DNA of 64,000 nucleotides from Halorussus marinus (GTDB lineage: Archaea; Halobacteriota; Halobacteria; Halobacteriales; Haladaptataceae). The stretch is taken from positions 372,001-436,000 of the forward strand of contig NZ_SBIV01000003.1 of the NCBI RefSeq assembly GCF_004765795.1, given 5' to 3'. Of this stretch, positions 27,905 to 38,131 are shown in pieces; the first letter of the stretch is position 1, and every line of letters starts with the position of its first letter. Below the pieces are notes generated by a model that ran no database searches, was not told the origin of the DNA, and saw nothing but the letters and a program-made list of their open reading frames with translations. The position numbers were made by a program, and so were the translations under genes.

Positions 27905-28771
27905 ATGCGAGGCACTGGCGTCCCGCTCGTCACGCCCTTCGACGGGGACGGCGAGCTCGACACCGAACGGCTCCGGGAACTGGTCGGGTGGATCGAGGAC
28001 CGCGGCGTCGACTTTCTGGTCCCGTGTGGCTCGAACAGCGAGGCGGAACTGATGGGCCTCGAGGAGCGCGCCCGCGTCACCGAGATCGTCGCCGAGGCGG
28101 CCGACGGCCCGGTGCTGGCGGGGACCGGCCACCCCGGCCTCCGGGAGACGCTCCGCCAGACCGAACTGGCGGCCGACGCGGGCGCGGACGCCGCGCTGGT
28201 CGTCACGCCGTTCTACTACGACCACGACGACGACGACCTCGAAGCCTACTACCGGGAGGTGGCCGACGAGAGCCCGATCCCGATCTACCTCTACAGCGTC
28301 CCGGTGTTCACCGGCGTCGCGCTGGCGCCCGAGGTGGTGGGTCGGCTGGCGAGCCACGACAACGTCGCCGGGATGAAAGATTCGAGCGGCGACCTCGGGG
28401 GCTTTCAGCGCACGCTCGCGCTCACCGCCGACGAGTCGTTCGACCTGCTGGAGGGGAGCGGCAACGTCTACGCGCACGCGCTGGCGTCGGGCGCCGACGG
28501 CGGCGTGCTCGGGCTCGCGAACATCGCGCCCGAACGCGCCACCGAGATCTACCGGCTCCACGTCGGCGGCGACGACGCGGCCGCCCGCCAGCTCAACGCC
28601 CGACTCTTAGAGCTCAACCGCACGGCCGCCATCGAGCACGGCGTCCCGGGGACGAAGGCGGCGATGCGCGAGCGGGGCGCGCCCGTGGGGTACGTCCGGC
28701 GGCCCCACACCGAACTCGGCGCGGCCGCCGAGGCCGAGATAGCCGAACTCGTCGGGGACGTGACGCCCTGA
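27905..28771 (+). CDS. Dihydrodipicolinate synthase family aldolase
   Basis: PLVTPF, GSNSE, VVTPFYY, GMKDSSGD. Confidence 0.9.
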   Translation: MRGTGVPLVTPFDGDGELDTERLRELVGWIEDRGVDFLVPCGSNSEAELMGLEERARVTEIVAEAADGPVLAGTGHPGLRETLRQTELAADAGADAALVVTPFYYDHDDDDLEAYYREVADESPIPIYLYSVPVFTGVALAPEVVGRLASHDNVAGMKDSSGDLGGFQRTLALTADESFDLLEGSGNVYAHALASGADGGVLGLANIAPERATEIYRLHVGGDDAAARQLNARLLELNRTAAIEHGVPGTKAAMRERGAPVGYVRRPHTELGAAAEAEIAELVGDVTP

Positions 28772-28859
28772 CCGGCCGATCCGATCGCGTGGGCCGCCCG
28801 CAGGGGAGCGCGGACGGCGAGGCCAACCATTAAGTCGGCGCTGTGATAACTGAAAGCGA

Positions 28860-29750
28860 ATGGCCGGCGAAAATGTCACCGAACCGTCGCCGCCGGGGGA
28901 CTCGCTGGAGGGGTGGCTCGACGCGCAGGCCGAGCAGTTGGGCGTGAGCCGCGAGGAACTGCTCGCCCGGCTCGGCACCGGGCCCGGAGGCGACACGGAG
29001 GAGCTCGGGGCGCTACGGCGCGAGCTCCTCGCGCGGTTGGTCGCAGACCACGAGGCGCTCGCGGCCGACCTCGACGACGTCCGGGCCGACGTCGAGGACG
29101 CCCGGTCGTCGTTCGACGAGAAGATCGACGACGTCCGCGACCGGGTGGTGCAGGTCAAGCGCGAGGCCGACGAGAAGGCCCCGACCGACCACGACCACCC
29201 CGACCTCGCGCCCGCGGCGGTCGCCGACAGGGCCGACGAGCTGGCGGCCGAACTCGACGACCTCGCCGCGACGGTCGCGGAGTTAGACGAGACGGTCGAG
29301 ACCGGCTTCGAGAACTACGAGGACGTCCTCGAATACCTCACCGAGGCGACCGACGACCTCGAAGCGAAGCTGACGACGCTCGCGGAGGTGACCGTCGATA
29401 TCCGCGATCGGACCGAGACGCTGGCGGCCCGCCACGCCGCCCGCGCGGCGGCCGACGAGCTCGCGACCCTCGCGAACCGGCGGGGCGTCCGGAGCGCCGA
29501 CTGTGGCCACTGCGACCAGACCGTCCACGTCGGACTGCTCGCGTCGCCGACCTGCCCCCACTGTGCGAGCACCTTCAGCGACGTCGAGCCGAAACAGGGG
29601 TTGTTCGGCTCGCCGACCCTCGTCGTCGGCGAACCGCCGGCGCTCGAAGGCGAGCGAGCCGACTGGGCCGTCGACGAGGTCGCGGCCGACGCGACCGACC
29701 ACGAGGCGGCGCTCGACGACATTCTCGACGATTCGGAGGCCGGCGAATGA
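28860..29750 (+). CDS. Coiled-coil protein with double CxxC zinc ribbon
   Basis: Long acidic heptads; CGHC...CPHC. Confidence 0.75.
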   Translation: MAGENVTEPSPPGDSLEGWLDAQAEQLGVSREELLARLGTGPGGDTEELGALRRELLARLVADHEALAADLDDVRADVEDARSSFDEKIDDVRDRVVQVKREADEKAPTDHDHPDLAPAAVADRADELAAELDDLAATVAELDETVETGFENYEDVLEYLTEATDDLEAKLTTLAEVTVDIRDRTETLAARHAARAAADELATLANRRGVRSADCGHCDQTVHVGLLASPTCPHCASTFSDVEPKQGLFGSPTLVVGEPPALEGERADWAVDEVAADATDHEAALDDILDDSEAGE

Positions 29751-30283
29751 GCGACCGCGACGCCGACGAGGACCGCCCGGAGGCGGCCGAGCGCGCCCCC
29801 GACGAGGCCGAAATCGCCGACCGATCCGCCGAGCCCCTCGGCGATCTCGCGGCCGACGTTCGGTCCCGGTCGGGCGACTCGCCCTCCCGGACCGGGCCGC
29901 TCGCCGACGTGGCGTCGGAGGTCGACGAGCGGCGGCGAAGCCGCGAGACCGACGCCGAGGGCCCGTTCGAGTCGGTCGACGTGGGCCAGATCGACGGCGA
30001 GGCTCTCTGGGAGCGACTGGCCGACGACGACGACGGCGACTTCGAGGTGGCCGCGTCGACGGCCGTCGCCGACGCCGAGTGGCTCGACGGCCGGGACGTC
30101 CGGACCGTCGAGAAGTCGACGTGTCACGGCTGTCCGTACTTCGCGGACCCGCCGACGGTCGCCTGCACCAACGAGGGCACCGACATCCTCGAGATGCCCG
30201 ACGTCGACCACTTCCGAGTCGCCGACTGTCCGATGGTCGTCGACGACGACGAGGTCGGCAGTATCGCGACCGACGCCGAGTGA
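29747..30283 (+). CDS. Conserved acidic protein with Cys-rich C-terminus
   Basis: ATGA overlap; CHGCPYF..PP.VAC...DCPMV. Confidence 0.75.
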   Translation: MSDRDADEDRPEAAERAPDEAEIADRSAEPLGDLAADVRSRSGDSPSRTGPLADVASEVDERRRSRETDAEGPFESVDVGQIDGEALWERLADDDDGDFEVAASTAVADAEWLDGRDVRTVEKSTCHGCPYFADPPTVACTNEGTDILEMPDVDHFRVADCPMVVDDDEVGSIATDAE

Positions 30284-30304
30284 CCCCGTCGCTACGCTCG
30301 ACGG

Positions 30305-30868
30305 TCACCCCTGCGTGCTGACGCCCGGCCCCGTCTTGATTCGGAGCCCCGGCACCTCGTTGGTCTCGACGCCGACGTACCCCTCCGGGCACTCGACGCG
30401 CCCGCCGACGATGAACGGCGTGCCGAGTTCGGCCGGCGACGCCTGTTCGTCGACGACGATCCGGAGTTCGACCATCTTCTCGGCCCGGACTTCCTTGCTG
30501 TCGGTCAGGAGCTCGCCGAACCCCTCGTTTTGCCACTCGATCACCAGCCCTTCCCAGAGGCCAAGCTCCTCGGGCGGCCAGTTCGAGAACGCACACTCGG
30601 CGACCGGCGGCATGTCCGGATCCGGCTCCATCCGGTCGGTGAGCAGGACGATCCGGCTGACGTAGTCGTCCGAGAGCGTCGCCGGCTCGTCGAAGGCCAT
30701 CCGCCGGGTCAGTCTGGACCGCGTCGGTTCGTCCTGTGCGCCCGCCGAGCCCGCCAGCCCCGCGATTCCGAGCAACGTCACCGCGCCCCGCCCCAGGAAC
30801 TCCCGTCGGTCGATGTCGGGTATCACGTCCCGGGTCACCACCGCCCCGTCCGTAAGCGTTGTCGCCAC
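30305..30868 (-). CDS. Tat-exported hypothetical protein
   Basis: DRREFL followed by a hydrophobic signal; true start may lie a few codons downstream. Confidence 0.65.
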   Translation of the reverse strand: MATTLTDGAVVTRDVIPDIDRREFLGRGAVTLLGIAGLAGSAGAQDEPTRSRLTRRMAFDEPATLSDDYVSRIVLLTDRMEPDPDMPPVAECAFSNWPPEELGLWEGLVIEWQNEGFGELLTDSKEVRAEKMVELRIVVDEQASPAELGTPFIVGGRVECPEGYVGVETNEVPGLRIKTGPGVSTQG

Positions 30869-31129
30869 CCCTCGGAAATCGGACTATCCCGTATTCTTCA
30901 TCCCGGCCGCGATCCCCTCGACCGTCAGCCGGAGAGTCCGCTCGGCCTCGGGAGAGCGGTCGTCCTCGCCGAGCAGTCGGACGTCTCGTCGGACGCTCTG
31001 GCGTGGAAGTCCACGCCACTACGCTCGCCAGGCTCGAACGTCCCTGCGCCGTCGCGGACGACGCCCGTCCCGGTTCGCCGCCCCGCGGCTGTCAACAGGG
31101 CTTAGTGGGTGTCGTCCCACGGGTCGACT

Positions 31130-31519
31130 ATGAGCGAGACCACACTCGTGTACGACGACGACTGCGGGTTCTGTACGTGGTGGGCGGACTTCTTCGAGCG
31201 CCGCTCGTCGTTCCGAATCGTCGGCTTCTCGGAACTGACCGACGGGGAGCGTTCGCGCCTGCCCGACGACTACGAGTCGTGTTCGCACCTGCTGGCAGAC
31301 GGCGCGGTGTACTCCTGTGGCGAGTCGCTCGAACAGGCGGTGGTCCGGTCGGAGGTCGGCGCGTCGGCTCGCCCGCTCGTCGAGTTCCTCCGGAACTTCG
31401 AGGACTACGAACGCGCCCGCGAGAACGTCTACCGATGGGTCGCCGACCACCGCTCGGAACTGGGCGCCGTGGTCTCGAAGACGCCCCCGGCGCGCGAGGG
31501 GTCCGGCGGCGACCCTTAG
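31130..31519 (+). CDS. DCC family thiol-disulfide oxidoreductase
   Basis: VYDDDCGFC, YRWVADHR. Confidence 0.88.
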   Translation: MSETTLVYDDDCGFCTWWADFFERRSSFRIVGFSELTDGERSRLPDDYESCSHLLADGAVYSCGESLEQAVVRSEVGASARPLVEFLRNFEDYERARENVYRWVADHRSELGAVVSKTPPAREGSGGDP

Positions 31520-31845
31520 CTGTAATCGCGCCAGCGGTGGCCACACTCCTGGCACTTGAAAAACCGCGTCGGCGGTTCGTCGGCCGAGCCGGTCTGCTTG
31601 ATGGTGTACCACGCCTTCTCGTGGCCACACTCGTCGCAGATCACGTCGTCGGCGGTCGGCTTCCCCTCGAAGTTGGCGTCCTCGGAGGTCTCGATCACGT
31701 CCGAGTCGCCCTGCTCTTCGGTGGTGACGAACTCGGCGGCCTTCTCCTCGTCTTTCGCGACGGTGTGCTGGCAGTCGTCGTCGGTACACACCATCTTCGA
31801 CCCCATCGACTTCATCATGGAGCCACATTCGTCGCAAAATTGCAT
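31516..31845 (-). CDS. tfs: Transcription factor S (RpoM/TFIIS-like)
   Basis: MQFCDECGSMM; QTGSADEPPTRFFKCQECGHRWR. Confidence 0.93.
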   Translation of the reverse strand: MQFCDECGSMMKSMGSKMVCTDDDCQHTVAKDEEKAAEFVTTEEQGDSDVIETSEDANFEGKPTADDVICDECGHEKAWYTIKQTGSADEPPTRFFKCQECGHRWRDYS

Positions 31846-31913
31846 GTCCGCAGGTAGTCGACGGCTCCCCATAAGCACCACGTTCGGGCGACTCCGATCG
31901 GCGTCGCCGGCGT

Positions 31914-32231
31914 TCAGGACGGCAACGGACACAGGCTCGCGGTCAGCACCGCGACCCGGTCGGTCTCGTTGCGCGCGCCGTGGACCGCACCCCGCTCGTG
32001 GAGCACGACGCCGGGCGCGTCGATCGACTCCTCGTCGTCGCCCCGGACGACCGTCACCGTCCCTTCGAGGACGTGGAAGACGTTCGTCGCGTCGGGGTGG
32101 TCGTGGGGCGTCAGTTCCGCGCCCGGTCCGAGCGCGAACGCCTTCACCAGTACGTCGTCGGTCACGACCACTTCGGCGTCGACGACCTCGCCCGCGTCGG
32201 GGTCGAGGTCCGGGTAGCTGTCGAGTCCCAT
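31914..32231 (-). CDS. Cupin domain protein
   Basis: PHDH...HVLEG...VHGARN. Confidence 0.85.
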   Translation of the reverse strand: MGLDSYPDLDPDAGEVVDAEVVVTDDVLVKAFALGPGAELTPHDHPDATNVFHVLEGTVTVVRGDDEESIDAPGVVLHERGAVHGARNETDRVAVLTASLCPLPS

Positions 32232-32617
32232 ATCGGGCGAGACGGCCGGCCGGCTCTTAAAGGTCGGTCCGAGCGGGAGGACGGGCGGCGGGCCGCGGCG
32301 AGCGCCGGGAGCGGGCGGCGCGGCGCCGCGGGCCCGACTGCGGTGCGTGCCTCTGTGAACGGCCGGGTCGCTCAGGGGTGGTGGGTCGGTCGCCGGCGGT
32401 GGCGACCGATGGCGGTGGACGTCGGGCCGGTGGGCGGTCCGGCCCGACCGGGATCGCTCGTCGTCGCGCCGGGAAGTGCGGTCGGACGCGGCCGAGAGCG
32501 GTGCGACGGCGGGTCGTGTGCGCCGCGACCGCAGTCGTCCGTTGGGGGCGTCGTCACTTCAACGGGGCCGACCGTCCACACAGTTCACGGGAGTAAACGG
32601 TTCTGAACGGTTCGGAA

Positions 32618-32830
32618 CTACTCCCGGTCGCCGACGAACCCCGTCGAGAACGCGATCCACGCCAGCGCGCTCACGAACAGGATCGGCGGGAGGATGGCGA
32701 ACCCCCACAGCGGGTCGACGCCCCACAGGAGCAACAACAGCACGTCCGCGAGCCCGAGCGCGAGAAACGGGAGGACCGCGAGCGCGGCCCGGGTGCGGTC
32801 GCGAGACCCCGACGGGAAGCGATTCTCCAT
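32618..32830 (-). CDS. Small two-TM membrane protein
   Basis: Hydrophobic hairpin, PLWGFAILPPILF. Confidence 0.7.
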   Translation of the reverse strand: MENRFPSGSRDRTRAALAVLPFLALGLADVLLLLLWGVDPLWGFAILPPILFVSALAWIAFSTGFVGDRE

Positions 32831-32910
32831 GCGGTGACGTGGGCGCTCCACCGACAAAAAGCGTCCGTTCGGGGAGCAGGACTTTCACCGACCACCCCGT
32901 AGCCTGCGAC

Positions 32911-33594
32911 ATGGCAACGACGACCGAACTTCGGAGCCCCGACGCGGCGGGGGTCTGGTGGCTGGATCTGGGAAGCGTCAACGCCTACCTCGTCGAGGAC
33001 GGCGACGATCTGGTGCTCGTGGACGCCGGGACGCCCCGCGACGCCGGTCCGCTCGCGCGCGCGATCCGGGACACCGGCCACGCAGTCGGGGAGATCGACC
33101 GCATTCTCGTCACCCACTACGACTTCGATCACGTCGGCGCGCTCGGGAAGTTGGGCCTCGACGTGCCGGTGTATCTCGGGCGCGAGGACGCCGCGGTGCT
33201 GGCCGGCCGGGACCGCCCCGACTGGCACAATCACAAGGGCCTGCTCCAGCGAGTCGTCCAGCCGTTCGTCGCCGCGCCGGGCGTCCCGATCCGGCCGGTG
33301 GCCGACGGCGACCAGATCGGGGGGTTCGAGGCCTACCACACGCCGGGCCACTCGCCGGGCCACGTCGTCTACGTCGGCGACCGGGTGGCGTTTCTCGGCG
33401 ATCTCGTCCGCGAGCGGGGCGGCGACCTCGAACCGTCGCCGTGGCTGATTAGCTACGACACCGTCGCGGTCCGCCGGAGCGTTCGCGCGCTCGCCGACCG
33501 CGTCCCTGACTTCGACGTGGCCGCGATGGGCCACGGCACGCCGATCCTCGCGGGCGGGAGCGACCGACTCCGAGAGCTGGCCGCGCGGCTGTAG
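32911..33594 (+). CDS. Metallo-beta-lactamase fold hydrolase
   Basis: THYDFDH, HTPGHSPGH, GD, GHG. Confidence 0.9.
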   Translation: MATTTELRSPDAAGVWWLDLGSVNAYLVEDGDDLVLVDAGTPRDAGPLARAIRDTGHAVGEIDRILVTHYDFDHVGALGKLGLDVPVYLGREDAAVLAGRDRPDWHNHKGLLQRVVQPFVAAPGVPIRPVADGDQIGGFEAYHTPGHSPGHVVYVGDRVAFLGDLVRERGGDLEPSPWLISYDTVAVRRSVRALADRVPDFDVAAMGHGTPILAGGSDRLRELAARL

Positions 33595-33619
33595 TCGGCG
33601 CCGAAAAACGCGCCGCCGG

Positions 33620-33940
33620 TCAGTCCGCCAGCTCCTCGGCCACGGCGTCGACCGAGAGCAGTCGCGGATCGACGATCAGGTCGGCCTGCCCGCGGGCGAA
33701 GTCGGGCAGGTCGTCCTCGGCGTAGACGACGATCCGGACGCCGTCGTTGAGGTCCCTCGCGACCGGAATCGCGGTCGCGCCGCTCGCTTGGGTCAACACC
33801 AGCGCGTCGGCGTCGGTGACGCCCGCCGATTCGAGGGCGGGCCGGGTGGCGACGTCTTCGATTCGAGTCACGTCGGCGCCCTCGGCGTCGAGGGCCTCGC
33901 CAAGTCCGTCGTCGTCGGGACCGACCACGATCGCCTTCAT
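33620..33940 (-). CDS. Small Rossmann/RCK-like conserved protein (pyrG-guaAb operon)
   Basis: MKAIVVGPD; 1-nt overlap with the guaAb stop. Confidence 0.75.
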   Translation of the reverse strand: MKAIVVGPDDDGLGEALDAEGADVTRIEDVATRPALESAGVTDADALVLTQASGATAIPVARDLNDGVRIVVYAEDDLPDFARGQADLIVDPRLLSVDAVAEELAD

Positions 33941-34857
33941 CACTCGTACTCGATGGTCGCGGGCGGTTTGTGGGTCACGTCGTAGACGACCCGCGCGACG
34001 TTCTCGTTCTCGCCGGTGATCCGGCTCTGGACCCGCTGGAGGGTCTCCCAGTCGAGTTCCTGTGCGCGGGCGGTCATCCCGTCGCGGCTCTCGACCGACC
34101 GGACCGCGACGACCCAGCCGTGGACCCGGTTGTCGCCCTTGACGCCGGTGGCCTTGCCGAGCACCGCGGCGAACGCCTGCCACGGGTCGTACTCCGCGAG
34201 CTCCTCCTCGACGACGTGGGTCGCCTCGCGGGCGACCTCGACCTTCTCGCGGGTGACCTCGCCGACGATCCGGACCGCGAGCCCGGGGCCGGGGAACGGC
34301 ATCCGCTCGGCGACGACCGACTCGAGGTCGAGCGCGCGGGCGACCTCCCGGACCTCGTCCTTGTAGAGGTCCCGGACCGGCTCGACGATGCCGTCGAAGT
34401 CGACGACGTCGGGGAGCCCGCCGACGTTGTGGTGGGACTTGATGTTGCCCTCGCTCTCGATCCGGTCGGGGTAGATCGTCCCCTGCACGAGCATGCTGGC
34501 GTCGGTCTCGCGGGCGACCGTCTCGAACTCCCGGATGAACTGCTCGCCGATGACTTTGCGCTTCTCCTCGGGATCGGTGACGCCCGCGAGCGCGTCGAGG
34601 AACCGGTCTTGGGCCTCGACGATCTCCAAGCTCTCCATGAACGAGAACGTCTCGCGGATCTGGTCGGTCTCGCCTTTCCGCATCAGGCCCGTGTCGACGT
34701 ACACCGGCGTGAGCTGATCGCCGATCGCCTCGTAGGCGAGCGCCGCCGCGACCGAGGAGTCGACCCCGCCCGACAGCGCGATGATGGCGTTCTCGTCGCC
34801 GACCTGTTCGCGAACCTCTGGGACCGCCTCGTCGATGAACTCGTCTGTGTCTACCAT
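33940..34857 (-). CDS. guaAb: GMP synthase subunit B (ATP pyrophosphatase)
   Basis: [33 protein letters not shown]. Confidence 0.96.
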   Translation of the reverse strand: MVDTDEFIDEAVPEVREQVGDENAIIALSGGVDSSVAAALAYEAIGDQLTPVYVDTGLMRKGETDQIRETFSFMESLEIVEAQDRFLDALAGVTDPEEKRKVIGEQFIREFETVARETDASMLVQGTIYPDRIESEGNIKSHHNVGGLPDVVDFDGIVEPVRDLYKDEVREVARALDLESVVAERMPFPGPGLAVRIVGEVTREKVEVAREATHVVEEELAEYDPWQAFAAVLGKATGVKGDNRVHGWVVAVRSVESRDGMTARAQELDWETLQRVQSRITGENENVARVVYDVTHKPPATIEYE

Positions 34858-36503
34858 TATGCTTCGACCTCCAGTCGCTCGTCAGTCGATTCGACGACCG
34901 CGTCGAGCAGCCCGACGAACGGCGGGCTCGCCCGGGTCGGCCGCGATCGGAACTCGGGGTGGAACTGCGTTCCGAGGAAGTACGGGTGATCGTCTAGCTC
35001 CAGGATCTCCATCCGGTTGCCCGACTCGCCCGAGAACACGAGGTCGGTGTCGGCGAAGTCCTCGAAGTACTCGGGGTTGACCTCGTAGCGGTGGCGGTGG
35101 CGCTCGGTACAGGCCTCGGCGCCGTACACGTCCGCGGCCAGCGTCCCGGGCGCGATCTCGGTCTCGTGGGCGCCCAGCCGCATCGTCCCGCCGAGGTCCT
35201 CGAGGTCGTACTGCTCGGGTAGCAGGTCGATGACCGGGTGGGGCGTCTCGGCGTCGATCTCCGCCGAGTGGGCGCCCTCCAGCCCGAGGACGTTACGGGC
35301 GTACTCGACGACCGCGAGCTGGAACCCCAGACACAGCCCGAGGAACGGCACGTCGTGTTCGCGGGCGTACCGGATGGCATCGATCTTGCCCGCGGTGCCC
35401 CGCGAGCCGAAGCCGCCGGGCACGACGACGCCGTCGGCCTCCCGGAGTCGCGCCTCGTCGTCGTCGGCCATCTTTTCGCTGTCGACCCACAGCACGTTCA
35501 CGTCGACGCCCCGTTCGAGGCCGGCGTGCTTCAGCGCCTCGTTGACCGAGAGGTAGGCGTCCTCGAGGTCGTACTTGCCCACCAGCGCGATGTCGACCTC
35601 GCCGCCGGTCTCCTGGGTCACCAGATCGCGCCACTGAGTGTCGCGCTCCTCGGCGGGGACGGCCTCGTCGGCGAGGCCGAACCGCTCCATCACGTACTCG
35701 TCGAGGCCCTCCTCCTCGACCATCAGCGGGACGTGGTAGATGTCCTCGACGTCGGGGTTCGAGAAGACGGCGTCGGTCGGCACGTCGCAGAAAAGCGCGA
35801 TCTTCTCTTTGGTCGAGGGGTCGAGTTCGTCCTCACAGCGCCCGACCAGAATGTCGGGCTGGAGGCCGATCGAGCGCAGTTCTTTCACCGAGTGCTGGGT
35901 CGGTTTGGTCTTTTGCTCGCCGTTTTTCGAGTACGGGACGAGCGTGACGTGGGTCAAAAGGAAGTCCTCCTCGTCTTCCTCGTGGGCGAACTGCCGGAGG
36001 GCTTCGAGGAACGGCATCCCCTCGATGTCGCCGACGGTGCCCCCGACCTCGACGATGCAGACGTCGTGGCCTTCGGCGGCTTCCCGGATCCGGCGCTTGA
36101 TGTCGTCGGTGACGTGGGGGATGATCTGGACGGTCTTGCCGAGGTAGTCGCCCGCCCGTTCTTTCTCGATGACGTGCTGGTAGGTCTTGCCCGTGGTGAC
36201 GTTGTGGTCGAACGTCATGTCGATGTCGAGGAACCGCTCGTAGTTCCCCAGATCGAGGTCGACCTCGCCGCCGTCCTTGAGGACGTACACCTCACCGTGC
36301 TGGTAGGGGTTCATCGTCCCCGCGTCGACGTTGAGATAGGGGTCGATCTTGACCGCGGTCACGTCGAACCCGGCGTTGGCGAGGAGTCGGCCCGTCGAGG
36401 CCGCCGTGATGCCCTTGCCCAGTCCGGACATGACGCCCCCGGTCACGAAGATGAACTTGTTCCCGAGAGAAGGGTCGTAGTCTGTTTCGGGTTCGGTCGG
36501 CAT
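34857..36503 (-). CDS. pyrG: CTP synthase
   Basis: [32 protein letters not shown]. Confidence 0.97.
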   Translation of the reverse strand: MPTEPETDYDPSLGNKFIFVTGGVMSGLGKGITAASTGRLLANAGFDVTAVKIDPYLNVDAGTMNPYQHGEVYVLKDGGEVDLDLGNYERFLDIDMTFDHNVTTGKTYQHVIEKERAGDYLGKTVQIIPHVTDDIKRRIREAAEGHDVCIVEVGGTVGDIEGMPFLEALRQFAHEEDEEDFLLTHVTLVPYSKNGEQKTKPTQHSVKELRSIGLQPDILVGRCEDELDPSTKEKIALFCDVPTDAVFSNPDVEDIYHVPLMVEEEGLDEYVMERFGLADEAVPAEERDTQWRDLVTQETGGEVDIALVGKYDLEDAYLSVNEALKHAGLERGVDVNVLWVDSEKMADDDEARLREADGVVVPGGFGSRGTAGKIDAIRYAREHDVPFLGLCLGFQLAVVEYARNVLGLEGAHSAEIDAETPHPVIDLLPEQYDLEDLGGTMRLGAHETEIAPGTLAADVYGAEACTERHRHRYEVNPEYFEDFADTDLVFSGESGNRMEILELDDHPYFLGTQFHPEFRSRPTRASPPFVGLLDAVVESTDERLEVEA

Positions 36504-36617
36504 ACCGAGTGTCGGCGGGCGTCGTTCAAAACGATTTCGGAGCGCGAGCGCACGCCGTGAGCGTCTCCCACGGGCCTCGCCCACCGCGTCGGCGAACGCG
36601 GCTTTCCGGGGGCGTCG

Positions 36618-37232
36618 TCACCGCGTCGCCAGTCGTTCGACCAGAAACCCGCCGGCCGTCTCGGCGACCGTCTCGCGCTGGCCGACGAAGAAGTGGTCGG
36701 CGCTCAACTCTACGACCTCGAACCCCAGTTCGCGCGCGCGCTCGACCACCGGCGCCCAGTCGGCGGTGTCGTCGCGGGCGCCGTAAATCACCTGTACAGG
36801 CGCGTCGACGTCGTCGAGCGCCGCGGCGGCGTCGAGGTCGGCGGCGAGCCCCGATGCGGGCGCGAGCAGCGAGACGGCGTCGGGTCGGGCCTCGACGGTC
36901 GCGGCCGCCAGCGCCGCCACCGCGCCGCCGAAGCTGAAGCCGAACAGCCCGACCCGGTCGTACCGCTCTCGGGCCCACCGGTAGGCGTTGCGCGCGTCCT
37001 CGCGCTCGCCGTACCCCTCGTCCCAATCGCCGTAATCGAACCGCAGGCAGGCGATCCCACGGTCGACGAGGTGCTCGCTGACGGCCGTCAGTCGGTCGTC
37101 GCCGCGGTGGCCGCGGTGCTGGGGGTGGGGCGGACACGCGACCGTTACGGCGGCTTCGTCGTCGGATTCGGGCCGGTCCAGCGTCGCGCGCACGTCCCGG
37201 GCGCCGGGGAGCGGGAGGTCTTCGGAGTGCAC
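36618..37232 (-). CDS. Alpha/beta hydrolase
   Basis: CPPHPQ, GFSFGG nucleophile elbow, ADHFF. Confidence 0.85.
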   Translation of the reverse strand: MHSEDLPLPGARDVRATLDRPESDDEAAVTVACPPHPQHRGHRGDDRLTAVSEHLVDRGIACLRFDYGDWDEGYGEREDARNAYRWARERYDRVGLFGFSFGGAVAALAAATVEARPDAVSLLAPASGLAADLDAAAALDDVDAPVQVIYGARDDTADWAPVVERARELGFEVVELSADHFFVGQRETVAETAGGFLVERLATR

Positions 37233-37287
37233 GAGAGCCTGTTGGGGAGGTGAGGATTTTAAGGGTAAGGTCACGAAATGGTGGTGT

Positions 37288-38121
37288 ATGGGAGTACTCT
37301 CACGCATGTCGTACGTCGTCCGGTCGAAGGTGAACGCGTTGCTCAACCGGGCGGAGGACCCGTCGGAGACGCTCGATTACTCCTACGAGCAGATGCGCGA
37401 CGAGCTGCAGGACGTGAAACAGGGGATCGCGGACCTCACGACCCAGAAAAAGCGCCTCGAAATGCAGAAGCGAAAGCTCGAGGAGAACGTCGAGAAGCAC
37501 AACGATCAGGCCCGCCAGGCCGTCGAGGCCGACCGCGAGGACCTCGCGCGCCAGGCCCTAGAGAAGAAGAAGACGAAGATGAACCAGATCGAGGAACTGG
37601 AAGACCAGATCGCCGATCTCCAGAACACTCAGGACAACCTCGTCGACAAGAAAAACCAGCTCCAGAACCGCATCGAGGAGTTCAAGACCAAAAAGGAGAG
37701 CATGAAGGCCCGTTACGAGGCCGCGGAGGCCCAGACCCGCGTCTCGGAGGCGATGACCGGTGCGGGCGAGGAGATGGAAGACGTTGGCCGGGCCATCGAG
37801 CGCGCCGAGGGCCGCACCGAGGAGATGGAGGCCCGCGCGCAGGCGATGGACGAGCTTCAGGAGTCGGGGACCTTCGAGGACGCCCTCTCGGACAAGGACA
37901 GCCTCGACCGCGAACTCGAAGACGTTCGGACTTCCGGCGAGGTCGACGCCGAACTCGAGACCCTGAAGGCCGAGATGGGCAAGGGGTCGGTCGACACCGG
38001 GGACGCCGACGCGGAGCCGGAAGTCGACGCCGAGCCGGAAGTCGAGGCCGAGACCGAATCGGTCGCCGACGAGGACATCGAGGCCGAACTCGAAGAGATT
38101 CGCGACGACGAGGAGAACTAG
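37288..38121 (+). CDS. pspA: PspA/IM30 family protein
   Basis: AEDP.ETLD, REDLARQAL, long coiled coil. Confidence 0.92.
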   Translation: MGVLSRMSYVVRSKVNALLNRAEDPSETLDYSYEQMRDELQDVKQGIADLTTQKKRLEMQKRKLEENVEKHNDQARQAVEADREDLARQALEKKKTKMNQIEELEDQIADLQNTQDNLVDKKNQLQNRIEEFKTKKESMKARYEAAEAQTRVSEAMTGAGEEMEDVGRAIERAEGRTEEMEARAQAMDELQESGTFEDALSDKDSLDRELEDVRTSGEVDAELETLKAEMGKGSVDTGDADAEPEVDAEPEVEAETESVADEDIEAELEEIRDDEEN

Positions 38122-38131
38122 ATCGGAGCGG

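Noticed and set aside
31516..31845. TFS variant with QTG instead of QTR as a possible RNAP inhibitor
   Set aside because: The catalytic Asp-Glu pair is intact; it looks like an ordinary haloarchaeal TFS paralogue.
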